Source: Octopus vulgaris
Taxonomy: Eukaryota
Direction of reading: 5' to 3'
DNA: 64,000 nt
Assembly (NCBI GenBank): GCA_951406725.2
Contig: OX597837.1
Location: forward strand, 38,378,001-38,442,000
Shown: positions 27,155 to 42,585 of the stretch, piece by piece
Layout: each line of letters starts with the position of its first letter
How positions within the stretch are numbered: position 1 is the first letter of the stretch
Made by a program: the position numbers and the translations under genes
The notes under the pieces: model-generated
The model's input: only the letters and a program-made list of their open reading frames with translations
Database searches by the model: none
Told to the model about the DNA's origin: nothing

Positions 27155-27990
27155 CTATCTATCCATCTATCTCCCATTCATCTCCTTTCGCGTGATACTC
27201 TCGATCGTCTGCTTCGGTCAAATTTTCAATTTTTGACTTCCATTTCCGTCTCTCAACTTTCTCTCCAGTTTCTCTTCTCTCCAACCTCTCCAACCTCTCC
27301 CTACTCTCCTTCTCCATCACAATTCCCCCCCACCCACCTCCTGCTTTCCCCTCAATATTAATTCCACTAACTTTCATTCCAAGTTTTTCAATCCATCTTT
27401 CATATTCGCTAGAATTCCATTGATTTGACCTCGCACATTCTCTCACCATCTTTCGCGTTTTCCCATTATCCAATCTTCCCCTTCTCTCCTTCCTCGCCCT
27501 ACCCCTCTCTCATCTCTCGCCTTCTCTCCCCCACCATCTTTCAATCTGTCTCTCTCTCTCTCTCTCCCTCTCTCTCTCTTTCCTGCCTTCCTGCTCTTCC
27601 TCCTATGCATCTCTCCCGCCTTCCCTCTCTCTCCCTTCTCTCTCTACATTTCTCTCTCACTCTCTCTCTTTCCCTTTCTTTCTTCCTTGTCTCTCTCATT
27701 CTCTCTCTCTCTCTATATATTTTCCTCTATCTCTTCCTCTTAATTTTCGTCTTTCTCTTCATATCTCCCCTCTCTCTGTTTCCCGCACTTTCTCTTTCAT
27801 ACTTTCTCATTTTCCCTGCTTCCCCCTTTCTCCTTCTCCTTCTCCTTCTCTCTCCCACTCCTTTACTATCTCCTCTTCTCTATCTCTCCTCTTCTTCTAT
27901 CTCTTTCTCCTTATCCCCTCCGTCTCTCTCCCTCTTTCCATCTCTTTCTCTTTCTTTCCTTCTTTCTTTCTTTCCCTCACTTTTCATCTG
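27060..27990. repeat. Polypyrimidine (CT-rich) low-complexity tract
   Basis: Direct reading. Confidence 0.85.
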
Positions 27991-27999
27991 CATCGTGTA

Positions 28000-28162
28000 G
28001 GCGCAGGTGTCGCTATGTGGTAAGGAGTTTCCTTTCCAACCACATAGTTCCAGGTTCAGTCCCACTGCGTTGCACCTTGAGCAAGTACCTTCTACTATAG
28101 CCAAAGGCCGACAAAAAGCATGTAAGTGAAATTGGTAGACGGAAACTGAAAGAAGCCCATCG

Positions 28163-28216
<54 letters not shown>

Positions 28217-28253
28217 ATATGTATATGTATATATAAATATATATATATGTATA

Positions 28254-28293
<40 letters not shown>

Positions 28294-28720
28294 CATACAT
28301 ACATACATACATACATACATACATACATACATACATACATTGATTTCTATGGTAAATATATATATGCTGACAGACGGAATTACCCGACATCTGTCGAGCG
28401 AGCGGCCCTTACTGACGAAGCCTACGGAAATAGGAAAAACTATACGTAACAAACCAAAACTGGTTGGCACATTTAATACCAATTAAATTTTTCCATTATG
28501 GTATCGCATTGCGCTTAGCTGCTTATATTAAGTTTTTACACCCACATACACACACACGAATGCAGACATATACATAATACATATATGTGCGTATGTGTGT
28601 TTGTGTGTGTCTGTGCCTCTGTTTGTGCCCCACTATCACTTGATAGCCGGTGTCAGTTTGTTTACGTCCCCGTAAACTAGCCGTTCGGTAAAATGGAACT
28701 GATAGAATAAGCAGTCAGCA
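28000..28720 (+). mobile_element. SINE family A split by microsatellite and an unrelated insert (~28340-28535)
   Basis: Head 28000-28162, tail 28615-28720. Confidence 0.7.
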
Positions 28721-28957
28721 TTTAGGTAAACTTTGGGTAGAGTTAACATGATTATGGGTACGATAAGGTTTGCCCTTTTAAATAACAAGTGAAGCCCTAT
28801 ATGATGGGCTTCTATAAGCAGGTTCGGATTTACTAACAAAGAATTGAGTTAACCCTTAAAGTAAGATGGCTGGAACCCTTAAGACTTGTGAACGTTATCA
28901 TGATGACTTGCGATGTATCTTGAGCATCTTAACGTCTGAATAAGACTCCCCCACCTC

Positions 28958-29390
28958 TTCAAGAATGAACACAGGTGTTTCTATCCAGGGAGAAGCGGGG
29001 GAGTTTAGTGGCGGTTACTGTTGAGCGAACGGCTTTTGTCCCAGAGCTCGCAAGATGGGAGAAGTCCGAAACGTGGTCCTTTGCTATTCGTAAGACCCGC
29101 AGAAGAGAAAGCAGGTCAACCCCCGACACCGAGAGCATCGACGATGAATGAATGCGCATCCAGGCTCAGCGGTTGCGTAGGAAGTTGGGGACAAGAAGCA
29201 GGAAGAAAGAGTGAGAGAAAGTTGGAGCGAAAGAGTACAACAGCGGTCGCCACCACCCCTGCCGGAACCTCGTGGAGCTTTAGGTGTTTTCGCTCAATAA
29301 ACACACACACACCACCCGGTCTGGGAATCGAAACCGCGATCCTCCGACCGCGAGTCCGCTGCACTAACCATTGGGCCATTGCGCCTCTAC
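28958..29390 (-). mobile_element. SINE family D (tRNA-like head)
   Basis: Minus strand gaggcgcaatggcccaatggttagtgcagcggactcgcggtcggaggatcgcggtttcgattcccagacc; body shared with 37791-37935. Confidence 0.75.
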
Positions 29391-29942
29391 TATTGTAGCT
29401 GACGGTGTAGTTAGTGTTGTGTTGTAGTTTACCTTTTCTATTTTTGTATTGTTTTATTGCTATTCTTGGCCCCTTCTCCTCTCCTCTTTCTTCCTTAGCT
29501 TATGTATACAGAAGGCTTTCAGAAGTTTGAGTGGTATCTAAGTTTTCAACCTTCCACCATCGCTTGCAGCTCGGACTCATTCGATAGAGAGATGAGGTCA
29601 AGGATGCTTTCAGATGTTCGGGTTTATATGGAGAGAGACTTCCAGTGCGATCCCAAACAAGTTCTTGTTCTTTTAACCTCATCAGTATATTACTCTCCTG
29701 CAACACTATGCAGCCAAGATCCACCAAATATCCAGATCTAGTGGGAGCCCCCCTGACATGGTTAGTGTCATCTCCATAAAATATCGGTAAATATAGCATA
29801 CATTCAATAATTATAATTTATCAAATTTCTGTGTGCTCACAGAACTTGAAGAAATGAATACTGAACCCTGCAAACCCCATCAGTGCATTCACCGAATCCT
29901 TCGTAGTTGGAAAAATAAAATATGATTTCTTCAAAACATAGT

Positions 29943-30322
29943 TCTTTTACTTGTTTCAGTCATTTGATTGCGGTCATGTTGGAGCACCGCCTTTAGTCGA
30001 GAAAATTGACCCCGGGACTTCTTTGTAAGCCTACTGCTTATTCTATTGGTCGCTTTTGCCGAATCGCTCAGTTACGGGGACGTAAACACACCAGCATCGG
30101 TTGTCAAGCGATGTTGAGAGGACAAACACAGACACATAAATGTATACACATACACATATATATATACATATATACGACGGGCTTCTTTCAGTTTCCGTCT
30201 ACCAAGGCTTTGGTCGGCCTGAGGCCATAGTAGAAGACACTTGCCCAAGGTTCCACGCAGAGGGAATGAACCCGGAACCATGTGGTTGGTAAGCATGCTA
30301 CTTACCACACAGCCACTCATAG
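29943..30322 (-). mobile_element. SINE family A, full length
   Basis: Reverse complement of the family A consensus. Confidence 0.88.
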
Positions 30323-30454
30323 GTATATATTTTATTAGTGCACAAAATGAACCATGCATCAGTTGCACACAAAATCACTGCGTTCAAAGAACAAAACCAA
30401 CAAAACATGAATTTCACACAAAAACAAACCTCAAAGAATATTTACTGCAAATAA

Positions 30455-31322
30455 CTGTGATTTTTGCTGTTGTCTTTCAGATACAAGTTCAGAAATGCAT
30501 AGCATCATCTTGGCAAGTGTCACTCTCATATCATTTTCGCAACAAAGTCTGTTCCTTTTCTTAGTTTTCATGTATGTCTACCATCTTCAAAAACGATTGC
30601 TCACAAAGATACCATGTAACAAACGGTATAAGTATCTCAAGGGCTTTCTTAGCAATAACAGGGTACGATTTGGTGACCCCAAACCGTTAAGAGCGTTGTT
30701 GTTCTGAAGAGATGCTGTGAAAGTTGGCGCTACTGAAGTTTAAGGATTTCGTCGAGGTATTCATCGTTGACGTCTGCTGTCGCAACACTAAACATGAACG
30801 GCTGTCTCACCCATGCTGGATATGACTCTCTGGTGGGGAAGTATCCGTCAAGAGACTTTGCGACCTCATCTAAGTGCATGGCAATCACTTGCTTCAGTTC
30901 CCCAGGTACAGCAGTGTCTCTAATTCCAGACACGTCTTCGAGCTTAATTACACAGTCGTCTAGCAGGGGAAAGTTTGTGAAGTTATCATTCTCTGTTCGT
31001 CGGTTCCATAAAGGTAGCATTTTTTAAACGCCTTCTGGTTTTCTTCCGCTTCAATGTTGTTGCCTCCACCGCCTTGCATCTGTCGATTGTACGCCAAAAT
31101 GAGAATGAATTCAGAATTTTCGAAGCAATCTGCGTGATAAAGTTGGTTCTCTCGCAAAAACAGGGTCAATTCCACACGCATGGCAAAAACACGATCCAGC
31201 ACCTTTACCCGGGATAACCAGCAAAAGTTAGAATGGTACAGGAGTACCCAGAATGCAGAGCCCATTTCATTAGAAATCGCGTTTGAAGATGCGTTGCTTC
31301 ATAGCTCTATTTCGCACGCAGT
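30455..31322 (-). pseudogene. hAT (Buster/Charlie-type) transposase C-terminal remnant
   Basis: LLYHSNFCWLSRVKVLDRVFAMRVELTLFL (LLYHxxVRWLSRG motif); downstream YPVIAKKALEILIPFVTWYLCEQSF...KTKKRNRLCCENDMRV (hAT dimerisation domain); frameshifted. Confidence 0.85.
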
Positions 31323-31880
<558 letters not shown>

Positions 31881-32461
31881 GGTTATGTTGTTACTGCTGA
31901 TGATGATTGTGAAATCGACTACGGCGATGACAACAACGACGACGAAAAAAACAATGATGATGATGATGATCGTGGTGGCGGTGGTGATTGTGGCGATGCT
32001 GCTGCTGATGCTGATGATGATTAGATTTAGAATTAAGAGAGAGATTGCACTTTAAATGTAATTATCGACGGCCGTGGAATGTTGGAAGCAAATCAGCGGA
32101 AACTGGGACGGGGAGTGGGGGTGTGGGGGAGGGGAGGCTAATGGTTGTTGTTGTTGTTGTTGTTGTTGCTGTGATAGTAGTGGTAGTAGTGGTTGGCGGC
32201 GGCGGCGACGTCTTCATGTGAGCATTTAGTAATTTTAACATTGTTGATGATGATGATGATAATGATGTTGATGGTGGTGGTCATGGTGGTGGTGGTGGTG
32301 ATGGTGGTGGTGGTAGTTGTGGTGGTGGTGGTGGTGGTGGTGGTGGTGGTGAAGGCGATGATGATACTTGTGTAGAAAGCTGTAGATGTAGTTGTTGTTA
32401 GTGGTGGTGTCGGTAGTGGTGGTGGTAGTGATGTTAGTATATATATGCATATATATATATG

Positions 32462-32511
<50 letters not shown>

Positions 32512-32518
32512 GTATATA

Positions 32519-32591
<73 letters not shown>

Positions 32592-32599
32592 ATAGTTGC

Positions 32600-32940
32600 A
32601 GGCGTGGCTGTATGGTAAGAAGCTTCCTTCCCAATCACATGATTCTAGTTTCAGTCCCACTGTGTGGCAACTTCGGTATATGTCCTCTATTATAGCTTCA
32701 GGTCGACCAAACACTTGTGAGTGGATTTGACAGATATATGTGTGCGCGTGTGTGTGCGTATGTATATATCTATATGTGTATCTATATATATATATGTGTG
32801 TATGTATATGAGTGTATATATGTGTGTGTATGTATATATATGTATATATGTATATATATGTGTATATACGTGTGTATAAATATATGTATATTTATATATA
32901 TTTATATATACATGTATATATATATATATGTGTGTGTGTC

Positions 32941-32981
<41 letters not shown>

Positions 32982-33140
32982 GACGGACTTCTTTCAGTTT
33001 CCGTCTACCAAATCCACTCACAAGGCTTTGGTTGGCCCGAGGCTATAGTAGAAGACATTTGCCCAAGGTGCCACGCAGTGGGACTGAACCCGGAACCATA
33101 TAGTTGGTAAGCAAGCTACTTATCGCACAGCCACTCCTGC

Positions 33141-33182
<42 letters not shown>

Positions 33183-33390
33183 GGGGGGGTTATTTGTGTG
33201 TCTGTGTTTGTCTCCTGCCACTGCTTGACAACCGGTGTTTGTTCGTTTACATTCCCTGTAACCTAGCGGTTTGCCAAACGAGCCCAACCCAATAGGTACC
33301 AAACTTTGCTGGGGTTGATTCGTTTGACTGGAAAACTTTGCAAATCGGTGCCCCAGCATGGCCGCAGTCTAATGACTGAAACAAGTAACA
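32600..33390. mobile_element. SINE family A (+; head 32600-32730, tail 33195-33390) with an inverted family A head (32981-33145, -) inside
   Basis: Matches to the family A consensus on both strands. Confidence 0.75.
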
Positions 33391-34152
33391 GATACAAGAT
33401 ATATATCTATGTGTGTGTTCGTGTGTGTGTATGTATATATGTATATGTGTACATATATATATGTGTGTGTGTGTGTATGTACGTATGTATATATGTATAT
33501 ATATATATGTGTGTGTATATATGCATATATGTATATATATATATATATATATATGTATGTTTATTATATATATATATATATATATACATATGTGTGTGTA
33601 TGTATGTATGTGTATAGAAGAGATTATGCAAATGTGATGTACCATCGTAATAGTATAGGTGGTGGTGGTGGTGGTGCATGTGTACATCTGAGCATTCGAC
33701 GTTGTTCATGGCGATGGTGGTGGCGGTGGGTTTGCTGGTGATGGAAGATTTTTTCGGAGGAGAAACAGAGAGAGAGAGAGTGAGAGAGAGAGAGAGAGAG
33801 GTGGGGGAGACAGACTGACAGACAGACAGACAGACACAGACAGACAGGGAGCATCATACTTAAGATTAACAAAGTGTGGAGGGTTGTAGCGGAGGTGGCC
33901 GTAGTGGTGGTGGTGGAGGTAGTGGTGGTGGTGGTGATGGTGCTAGTGGTATGTGGCGGGTGGGGGTAGGGGTTCGAAGTCTGCATCAATTAAGACACAC
34001 TTAAAAGATGCTATCATTAAGACACCAATCTCAAGTGCTTCCCCGTGTGTGTGTGCGTGTGTGTGTGTGTGTGCGTGTGTGTGTGTATGTGTGTATGTGT
34101 ATGTGTGTGTGTGTGTGTGTGTGCATGTGTATGTGTGTGTGTGTGTGTGCGT

Positions 34153-34192
<40 letters not shown>

Positions 34193-34996
34193 GTATGTGT
34201 GTGTGTGTGTATGTGTGTGTGTATGTATGTGCGTGTGTGTGTACGCGCTTGTCTTCAATCGGCCTCCACACCCCCCTCCCCTCCCTCGTAGATTCTCACC
34301 CCTCACACCTCAACCACCCACCCAGTCTTTCCCTCCAACCACATCTTCCTTCTGTCTCTTCCTCCACCTCCTTCCTTTTTTTTTTTTACATTTACATCGA
34401 ACTCTCCACACCATCAACCACCACCGCCACCGTCACCACTACCACCACCACCACCACCACTGCCGCCGCCGCCGCCACCGCCACCGCCTTCTTGCTTTGT
34501 TTACGTTTTATACGTTTATTTGATTCGACTTAACACTAAGAAGGTGGTGGTGGTGGTGGTGGTGGTGGTGGTGGTGGAGGTGGTGATGGTGGTGGTGGTG
34601 GTGGTGAAGGTAGGAAAGGCGGGGTGGTTAGGGAAAAGGGTGGGTAACGTCGCTGCAAGGATTGGAGGGTGATGGTTGACCTGACCCTTTGGCGGGATGT
34701 TGGAAGTGGCAGTTGGGAGTGGGGGTGGGGGTGGGTTGGTGGTGGGGAGAGTTGGTGTGGTGGGATGTGGATATTGAATCAAACGTCTCATTAGATTTTC
34801 GGCAGTAAAAGCGCTGTTAGATACTCCGACATACAGAGAGGCTGAGTGACATAGACAGACAGACAGACAGACAGACAGACGAAAGGATAGACAAACAGAT
34901 AGATATAGAGACAGACAGAAAATGTATGAGAAATCTAAGTCGGGAGGAAATATATCTATCTATCTAAATATCTATATCTAAATTTAATCATATGTA

Positions 34997-35051
<55 letters not shown>

Positions 35052-35213
35052 ATATATTATAGATTAATAGTAATGGAAAAACAACAAAAGAAAGAGACCT
35101 CGATATATTATGTACATACAGCAATTAATCTGTAATATAATATGTGACAATTATTCAGTTGCAATAACAAAACTCCGAGTTTCAGATGTCGGGGCGGTCA
35201 CATATTATATTAC

Positions 35214-35261
<48 letters not shown>

Positions 35262-35325
35262 TAAGACAATGAGATAAAAAAAATCCAAGGCTGTGAATAG
35301 TTTCCAGAACATTTACTAAGAAAAG

Positions 35326-35373
35326 GTCTTACAGCTGTTTCCGGAATATTTTATGTATCCCTTCATCAGAGAC
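35326..35373 (-). ncRNA. Minimal type I hammerhead motif with palindromic AGCU stem III loop
   Basis: Minus strand gtct-CTGATGA-agggatacataaaatattccg-GAAAC-agct-GTA-agac; intact core; stem I gtct/agac; stem II gggata/tattcc. Confidence 0.85.
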
Positions 35374-35417
35374 GGTGCGAGAAAACATTTTCTCGCACCG
35401 TCTCTGATGAAGGGATA
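35356..35417. repeat. Perfect 30-bp fold-back overlapping the hammerhead
   Basis: tatcccttcatcagagacggtgcgagaaaa-ca-ttttctcgcaccgtctctgatgaagggata. Confidence 0.95.
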
Positions 35418-35740
35418 TAACGTCCTCCTTCCATGCTGGCATGGGTTGGACGGTTTGACAGGAGCTGGCCAGACAGAAAACTACACCATACTTCTGTGCC
35501 TGTTTTGGAACGATTTTTATGGCTGGCTGGCCTTTCTAACAACAACCACCAAGCAGAGTGAACTGGGTGCTTTCAACATGGCACCAGCATCTGCAGGGTC
35601 ACCAAGTAACTTTGAGAGGGGAGAGGGTATTGTAGGAAGCGATCTTGCGTCAAATGATGAACGATTAGAGTGTGGGAGAGAGACAGAAATAAGTGTCTTA
35701 CCGTAGGGGAAGTACACAGATACCCATCTAGAGAGAGGGG

Positions 35741-35771
<31 letters not shown>

Positions 35772-35872
35772 AGAAGAAGAAGAAGAAGAAGAAGAAGAAG
35801 AAGAAGAAGAAGAAGAAGAAGAAGAAGAAGAAGAAGAAGAAGAAGAAGAGAGAGTTAATATGAAAGAGGACA

Positions 35873-36443
35873 GGAACAGGTTTGTTGCTGTAAAGGATAT
35901 ACAATGCTGGAACAAATATAGAGAATCCCCTTGTAATTGAATGCATACAGAAATAGCAACACAAGGGATACTAGTGGAACATCCCCATCAAATCCTCTTA
36001 CATGAGCAAGAATAACAGGCCGGACATTGTTATTTGAGACAGGCAAGAAAATGCATGTGACGACATAGAAGTCAACTGTGCTGCTGATGTGAATATCTCT
36101 TTGAAAACCAAAGAGGATAACTATGGATAACTGCTTCAAAGCCTTCAGTTTCTATATCCAGATTATAAATTCTCAGTTATACCTTAAATAATTTGTGCAT
36201 TTTGTTTTGTGCGTAAATGCAAAATTGATAATATGTCTAAGCTAGGGTTTTCAGAAAAAGAAATCAATCATTTAACTCGGATATAACAAATGCAATCTGT
36301 AAGTGGAACAATAAAAATATGCAAGATTTTTCTCAAGTTTACAATGTGAAGCTGTTTTCGTTATGTACATTCCAAAGATGGAGTTTTGTATCTTTGTTAG
36401 AAACCAGTTTCTTCCTGGCTGGATAATCAATAATTAATAATAG
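35873..36443 (+). pseudogene. R4/Dong-like non-LTR retrotransposon 3' end (restriction-like endonuclease)
   Basis: WNIPIKSSYMSKNNRPDIVI*DRQENACDDIEVNC...KICKIFLKFTM* (RPD..IEV RLE motif, in-frame stops), short 3'UTR ending in TAA-like repeats. Confidence 0.75.
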
Positions 36444-36519
36444 AAGAGAACGTACATGCATGCACACATGCATACATAAATTCATATAAATGCATAAATA
36501 CATACTACATACTTACATA

Positions 36520-36549
36520 CACGCATATACATACACACATGCATGCCTG

Positions 36550-36583
<34 letters not shown>

Positions 36584-37181
36584 CACACATACATGTAGGC
36601 ATGCACGCATACATAATTACATCCATCCATACATACATATATACACACATACATACATACAGACATACACACATACACATACATGCGCACATATATACAT
36701 ACATATATACACACATATGTATGCATGCATGCATACATAATTACATCCATCCATACATACATATATACACACATACATACATACATACATATAGACATAC
36801 ATACTTACACATGCATGCACACATATATACATGCATGTATACACACATACATATAGGCATACACGCATACATAAATACATCCATCCATATATGCATACAT
36901 ACATACATACATACATACATACATACATACATACATGCACACATATATACATACATATATACACACACACGTATGCATACAGGCATAAATTAATACATCC
37001 ATACATACATATAGACATACATGCACACATATATACATATATACACACATACATATAGGCATGCACGCATACATAAATACATCCATCCATCCATACGTAC
37101 ATACATACAGACATACATACATACATACATACATACATACATACATACATACATACATACACACATACATACATACATACA

Positions 37182-37213
<32 letters not shown>

Positions 37214-37250
37214 GACATACATACATATAGACATACATACATACATACAC
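36520..37250. repeat. (TACA)n-based minisatellite with recurring aggcatgcacgcatacataa-tacatccatcc node
   Basis: Node recurs 4-5 times. Confidence 0.8.
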
Positions 37251-37758
37251 GCATATTAGTCTGGTCTCTAGAACACTTGATGTAATAAGCCAATATATTT
37301 TAATTCATTAGAAGTGCACTCTTAGTGACGAGAGCCATTCGTTATCTTAATTAGCGAACCTGGTCCGACACAGGGAGGGGGAGACAACTGCAGAAATTAA
37401 ATATGAAAAGCAACGTGAAGTGTCGCCTGTTCATATCTATGTGTGTGCGTGCGTGCGTGTGTGTGTGTGTGTGCGTGTATGTGTGCGTGTGTGTGTGTGT
37501 AATTGCTTTACACCCTTTCACGGTCGTTGAAATACGTACAAGCCGCATACTGAAGTCCATGCCGGGGAATTGTTCCCTACGCTCGTAATTGCGGGCCTTG
37601 TGCCAAAAATTGAAGCAAAAGCAGCGAGATGATGGAATCGGTAAGACTTCGGACAAAACGCTTAGCAGCGTTTCCTCTTAATCAGTAAGTCTAGGGCTCA
37701 AATTTTACCGAAAGGCTTTGAGACTGCTGGGCGTCGATGCAATAAAGCACTACTTGAG

Positions 37759-37790
<32 letters not shown>

Positions 37791-38127
37791 TGTGGAGATC
37801 CAATGGTCGTGGGGTCGTAGTTTCAATTCCCAGACCGGGCGTTTTGAGTGTAAACACCGAAAGCTCCTTGTGGTTCCGGCAGGGGGTGGGTGGCGAACCC
37901 TGCTGTACTCTTTCATCACAACTTTCTCTCACTCTGTAGTACTTATATTTCAAAGGGCCGGCCTTGTCGCATTGGGTTTCATGCTGAATTTCCCCGAGAA
38001 CTAAGTCAAGGGTACAGTTGTCGGTGGAGTGCTCAACCATTTGTACGTGAATTTCACGAGCAGGCTGTTCTGCTGATCGGATCAGCTTGATCACTCGTCG
38101 TCGTAACCGACGGAGCGCCACGACGAT
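37791..38127 (+). mobile_element. SINE family D variant (different 3' tail from 28958-29390)
   Basis: Shares ttcccagaccggg...ggttccggcagggg...ctgtactcttt...aactttctctcactct with the 29.2-kb copy. Confidence 0.7.
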
Positions 38128-38151
38128 ATATGCATACATATATATATAAGT

Positions 38152-38243
<92 letters not shown>

Positions 38244-38327
38244 TTATATATATATATTTATACACACACACACACACACACATACTCACACATATATACA
38301 TATATGTATGTATATACATATATTAAT

Positions 38328-38397
<70 letters not shown>

Positions 38398-38710
38398 GAT
38401 GGATGGATAGATAGAGTAGGATATAAGATCAGGGCCAAGGCTCGAAAACAACCAAACAACCAAATACAATAAGGATCCTCACGAGCAATGCAATGAACAT
38501 ATGGGAAATAGGTTTACCGTTGCGTTGAATACATCAGTAAGTAATGTATATTTCAATACCAATTGAATTCAACACAAAGGTAAGACTATTTCTCAAACTT
38601 CGATCATCTGACAACAATAGTACCAACTTTAAGCACTCATGCGCAGAAGACAGTGTGACAATAATAAAGATATGTTATGGCAAAAATGCGGATAATTTTT
38701 GACTTCCTAT

Positions 38711-38788
<78 letters not shown>

Positions 38789-38854
38789 ACCTCGTGTGTA
38801 CCGTTGGCGATTTTTTCCTTTGTCTTCCCTTCTCTGGATCTTTTCTTCTCCTAT

Positions 38855-38889
38855 GTTTCCAACGAAGAGCTCCGCTCGAAACGTTAAAC
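38855..38889 (+). ncRNA. Minimal hammerhead-like motif, degenerate core
   Basis: gttt-CCAACGA-agagctccgctc-GAAAC-GTT-aaac; stems I and II pair, core has two mismatches; inside a TA-flanked insert 38786-38991. Confidence 0.5.
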
Positions 38890-38987
38890 CCTCCTTCTTC
38901 CCTTCTTTCCTGAGCGTCCAATAATACTATATTTGTTCCACGTCCTCGCGTTGTTTTTTTGTTTTTATTGTGTTTTCTTGTTTGGAT

Positions 38988-39043
<56 letters not shown>

Positions 39044-39119
39044 TATACATATATATATACACACACACTTATATATATATAAACATATATATACATATAT
39101 ATATATATATTTATATACA

Positions 39120-39316
39120 CGCTTGTGCGTCTGAGTTTTACCCTACCATCTCTTGAGAACCGATGTTGTTGTGTTTACGTCCCCATATCTCAGCGTATCT
39201 TAGAATAAGTACAAGGCTTACAAAGAATAAATCCTGGGGTCGATTTGTTCGACCAAAGGCTGTGCTCCAGCAATGCCGCAGTCAGATGACCGAAACAAGT
39301 AAAAAAAAAGTAAAAG
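39120..39316 (+). mobile_element. SINE family A, 3' half
   Basis: agaataagtacaaggcttacaaagaataaatcctggggtcgatttgttcgacc...gaaacaagt. Confidence 0.8.
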
Positions 39317-39772
39317 AACAGAATACACAAACATACACCTACACATATGCAAGCATGCGTGTGAGTCTCTGTACTTGTATGTGCGCATGCGCATTTTGAA
39401 GGATATAGTACGCATGCGCATTTTGAAGGATATAGTACGACTAAAGAAACCCTACCAGCTACACCGACCCACCCACCATGTTTCCACACCTTCACTTCTG
39501 GGTTCGTTTATGGCGAGGAGGAGGAGGAGGAAGAGTAAGGGGAAGGTGCAAACATGGGGTGATACGTGCGAATAGTTGCTCTGGTGCGCATGTGTATATG
39601 TGTGTATCTTGCATGTATGTATGCATACATATATATATACACAGACATACACACACACATATATGATTATATATGTGTATATGAGTATATATGTATATAT
39701 GTGTATATATATGTGTATATATATGCTTATATGTATATATAAAAATGTGTATGAGTGTATATATATATACAT

Positions 39773-39808
<36 letters not shown>

Positions 39809-40323
39809 GTCTGTATTTTTGTGTTCGTGTGTGTATATGTGTGCGTAATTTTCTGATTACAAGAAAAGCTAATTTTCTAAAGGTATATACGTATCCCCCT
39901 CCGCACACACATACACACACATGTATAAATATGTGTATATATATGTATATTTTTGTATATACGTGTATTTATATATATATATAGATGTGTGTGTTTGAAT
40001 ATGTGTTTATATATATATATGTGTGTGTGTGTGTATATGTGTGCATGTATATATATATATATATATATGTACATATATATACATGTATATATATATACAT
40101 ATATATATGTATGTATATAAATATAAATGTATGTGTATATATACGTCATCTTTTCAAATAGGTTATTTTAGTTTCTTCTTGGCTTTCTGTATTAAACAGT
40201 TGACAAAAGCAGCAATGGTTGTCACCAGAATTTCATAGAATTCTAAGGAATGCAACGCAAAAAAAAATAAAAAACATTGCGACACACATACGAGCAAACA
40301 AGCAAACAACAACAACAACAACA

Positions 40324-41330
<1,007 letters not shown>

Positions 41331-42069
41331 AACGATGACAAATATAGAAGAAAATAGAAAAATTAGCAAAATAAGCTTATACAAACAGCGCCAATAACAG
41401 TAATTATAGTAGCAATAACATTAGCAACAACAATAGCACTAGCAATATAAACAACAATAAAAAGAAAATGGCAAACAAGCGTATATATAATCATAAACGA
41501 ACTGCGACGATGGTAGGAACAACAACGGGGACAAAAATAGCAACAATAAATGCAACAACATTACCAACAACAAAAGTATAACAGACGACAACACCAACAG
41601 CGACAATGACAAAACTACCATTACTACCACCACCACCGACGACGACAACAACAACAACAACGATAATAAAACATTGTTAAAAATTCAAGAATGCAAGAAG
41701 TTACAATGACAACAAGGAAACGAAAAGTGAAGAGATCAAGAAATACAAAAGGAAAAAAAATCAATTGACGAAAAATTATGAAAAGAAATCAATAATGTGA
41801 AAACTAGAATAGGAACAAAAGATGACGAAAGAATGTGGTGTAAGGAGTAAATTGTATGTTTTGTGGTTGGTTGAAAGATCGGATTAAGTGTGAAACTCTG
41901 ATTAGCAACGAAACAAGGGAATGAATCACCTATAGTGAACAAAGGCGCGCACAAACAAACACTCACACACACACAGTACACATATGTATATATTTGTATA
42001 CGTCTATATACATACAAATATATATGTATACATACATACATACATACATACATACATACATGTACATAC

Positions 42070-42117
<48 letters not shown>

Positions 42118-42230
42118 CTATATACATATATATATGTAGATATATATGTGTACATATATATATGTATGTATATATATATATAAATACATATATATATATG
42201 TATCTATATACATATATATATGTATATATA

Positions 42231-42286
<56 letters not shown>

Positions 42287-42585
42287 CATACGCACATTCA
42301 TACAAACGCACATACATACAAACACACACACACATAGTACTTGTTCAATGAAAAAGACGCAACACATTGGAATTATGGCTTGGTTCTTCACAGAAACTTG
42401 AGCTTCATGTTCAAATCTAAAAATTCAACTTCGATTCGAATTAACCCCCAAAACGAAGGAATGAAGAAGGTATGTAGAAAGTTCCCTACAGCTGTTTCGA
42501 GAACAGATTCACAGATGGTGCATAGATCGCAGATATATAGATGACTATATACACACACACACACAATCATATATATATATATACA

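Noticed and set aside
28407-28450. CTGACGA + ccta/tagg stem as a hammerhead
   Set aside because: GAAAC is altered or out of register and stem I cannot be closed; at best a decayed copy.
29049-29084. gcaag-atg-ggagaagtcc-GAAAC-gtg-GTC-ctttgc as a hammerhead
   Set aside because: No CUGANGA core present.
29500-29799. 99-aa complex ORF as a host exon
   Set aside because: No recognisable motif, and it lies among repeat remnants; cannot be supported without a search.
42484-42514. Minus-strand GAAAC-agct-GTA as a complete hammerhead
   Set aside because: Only the 3' half is convincing; counted as a fragment.
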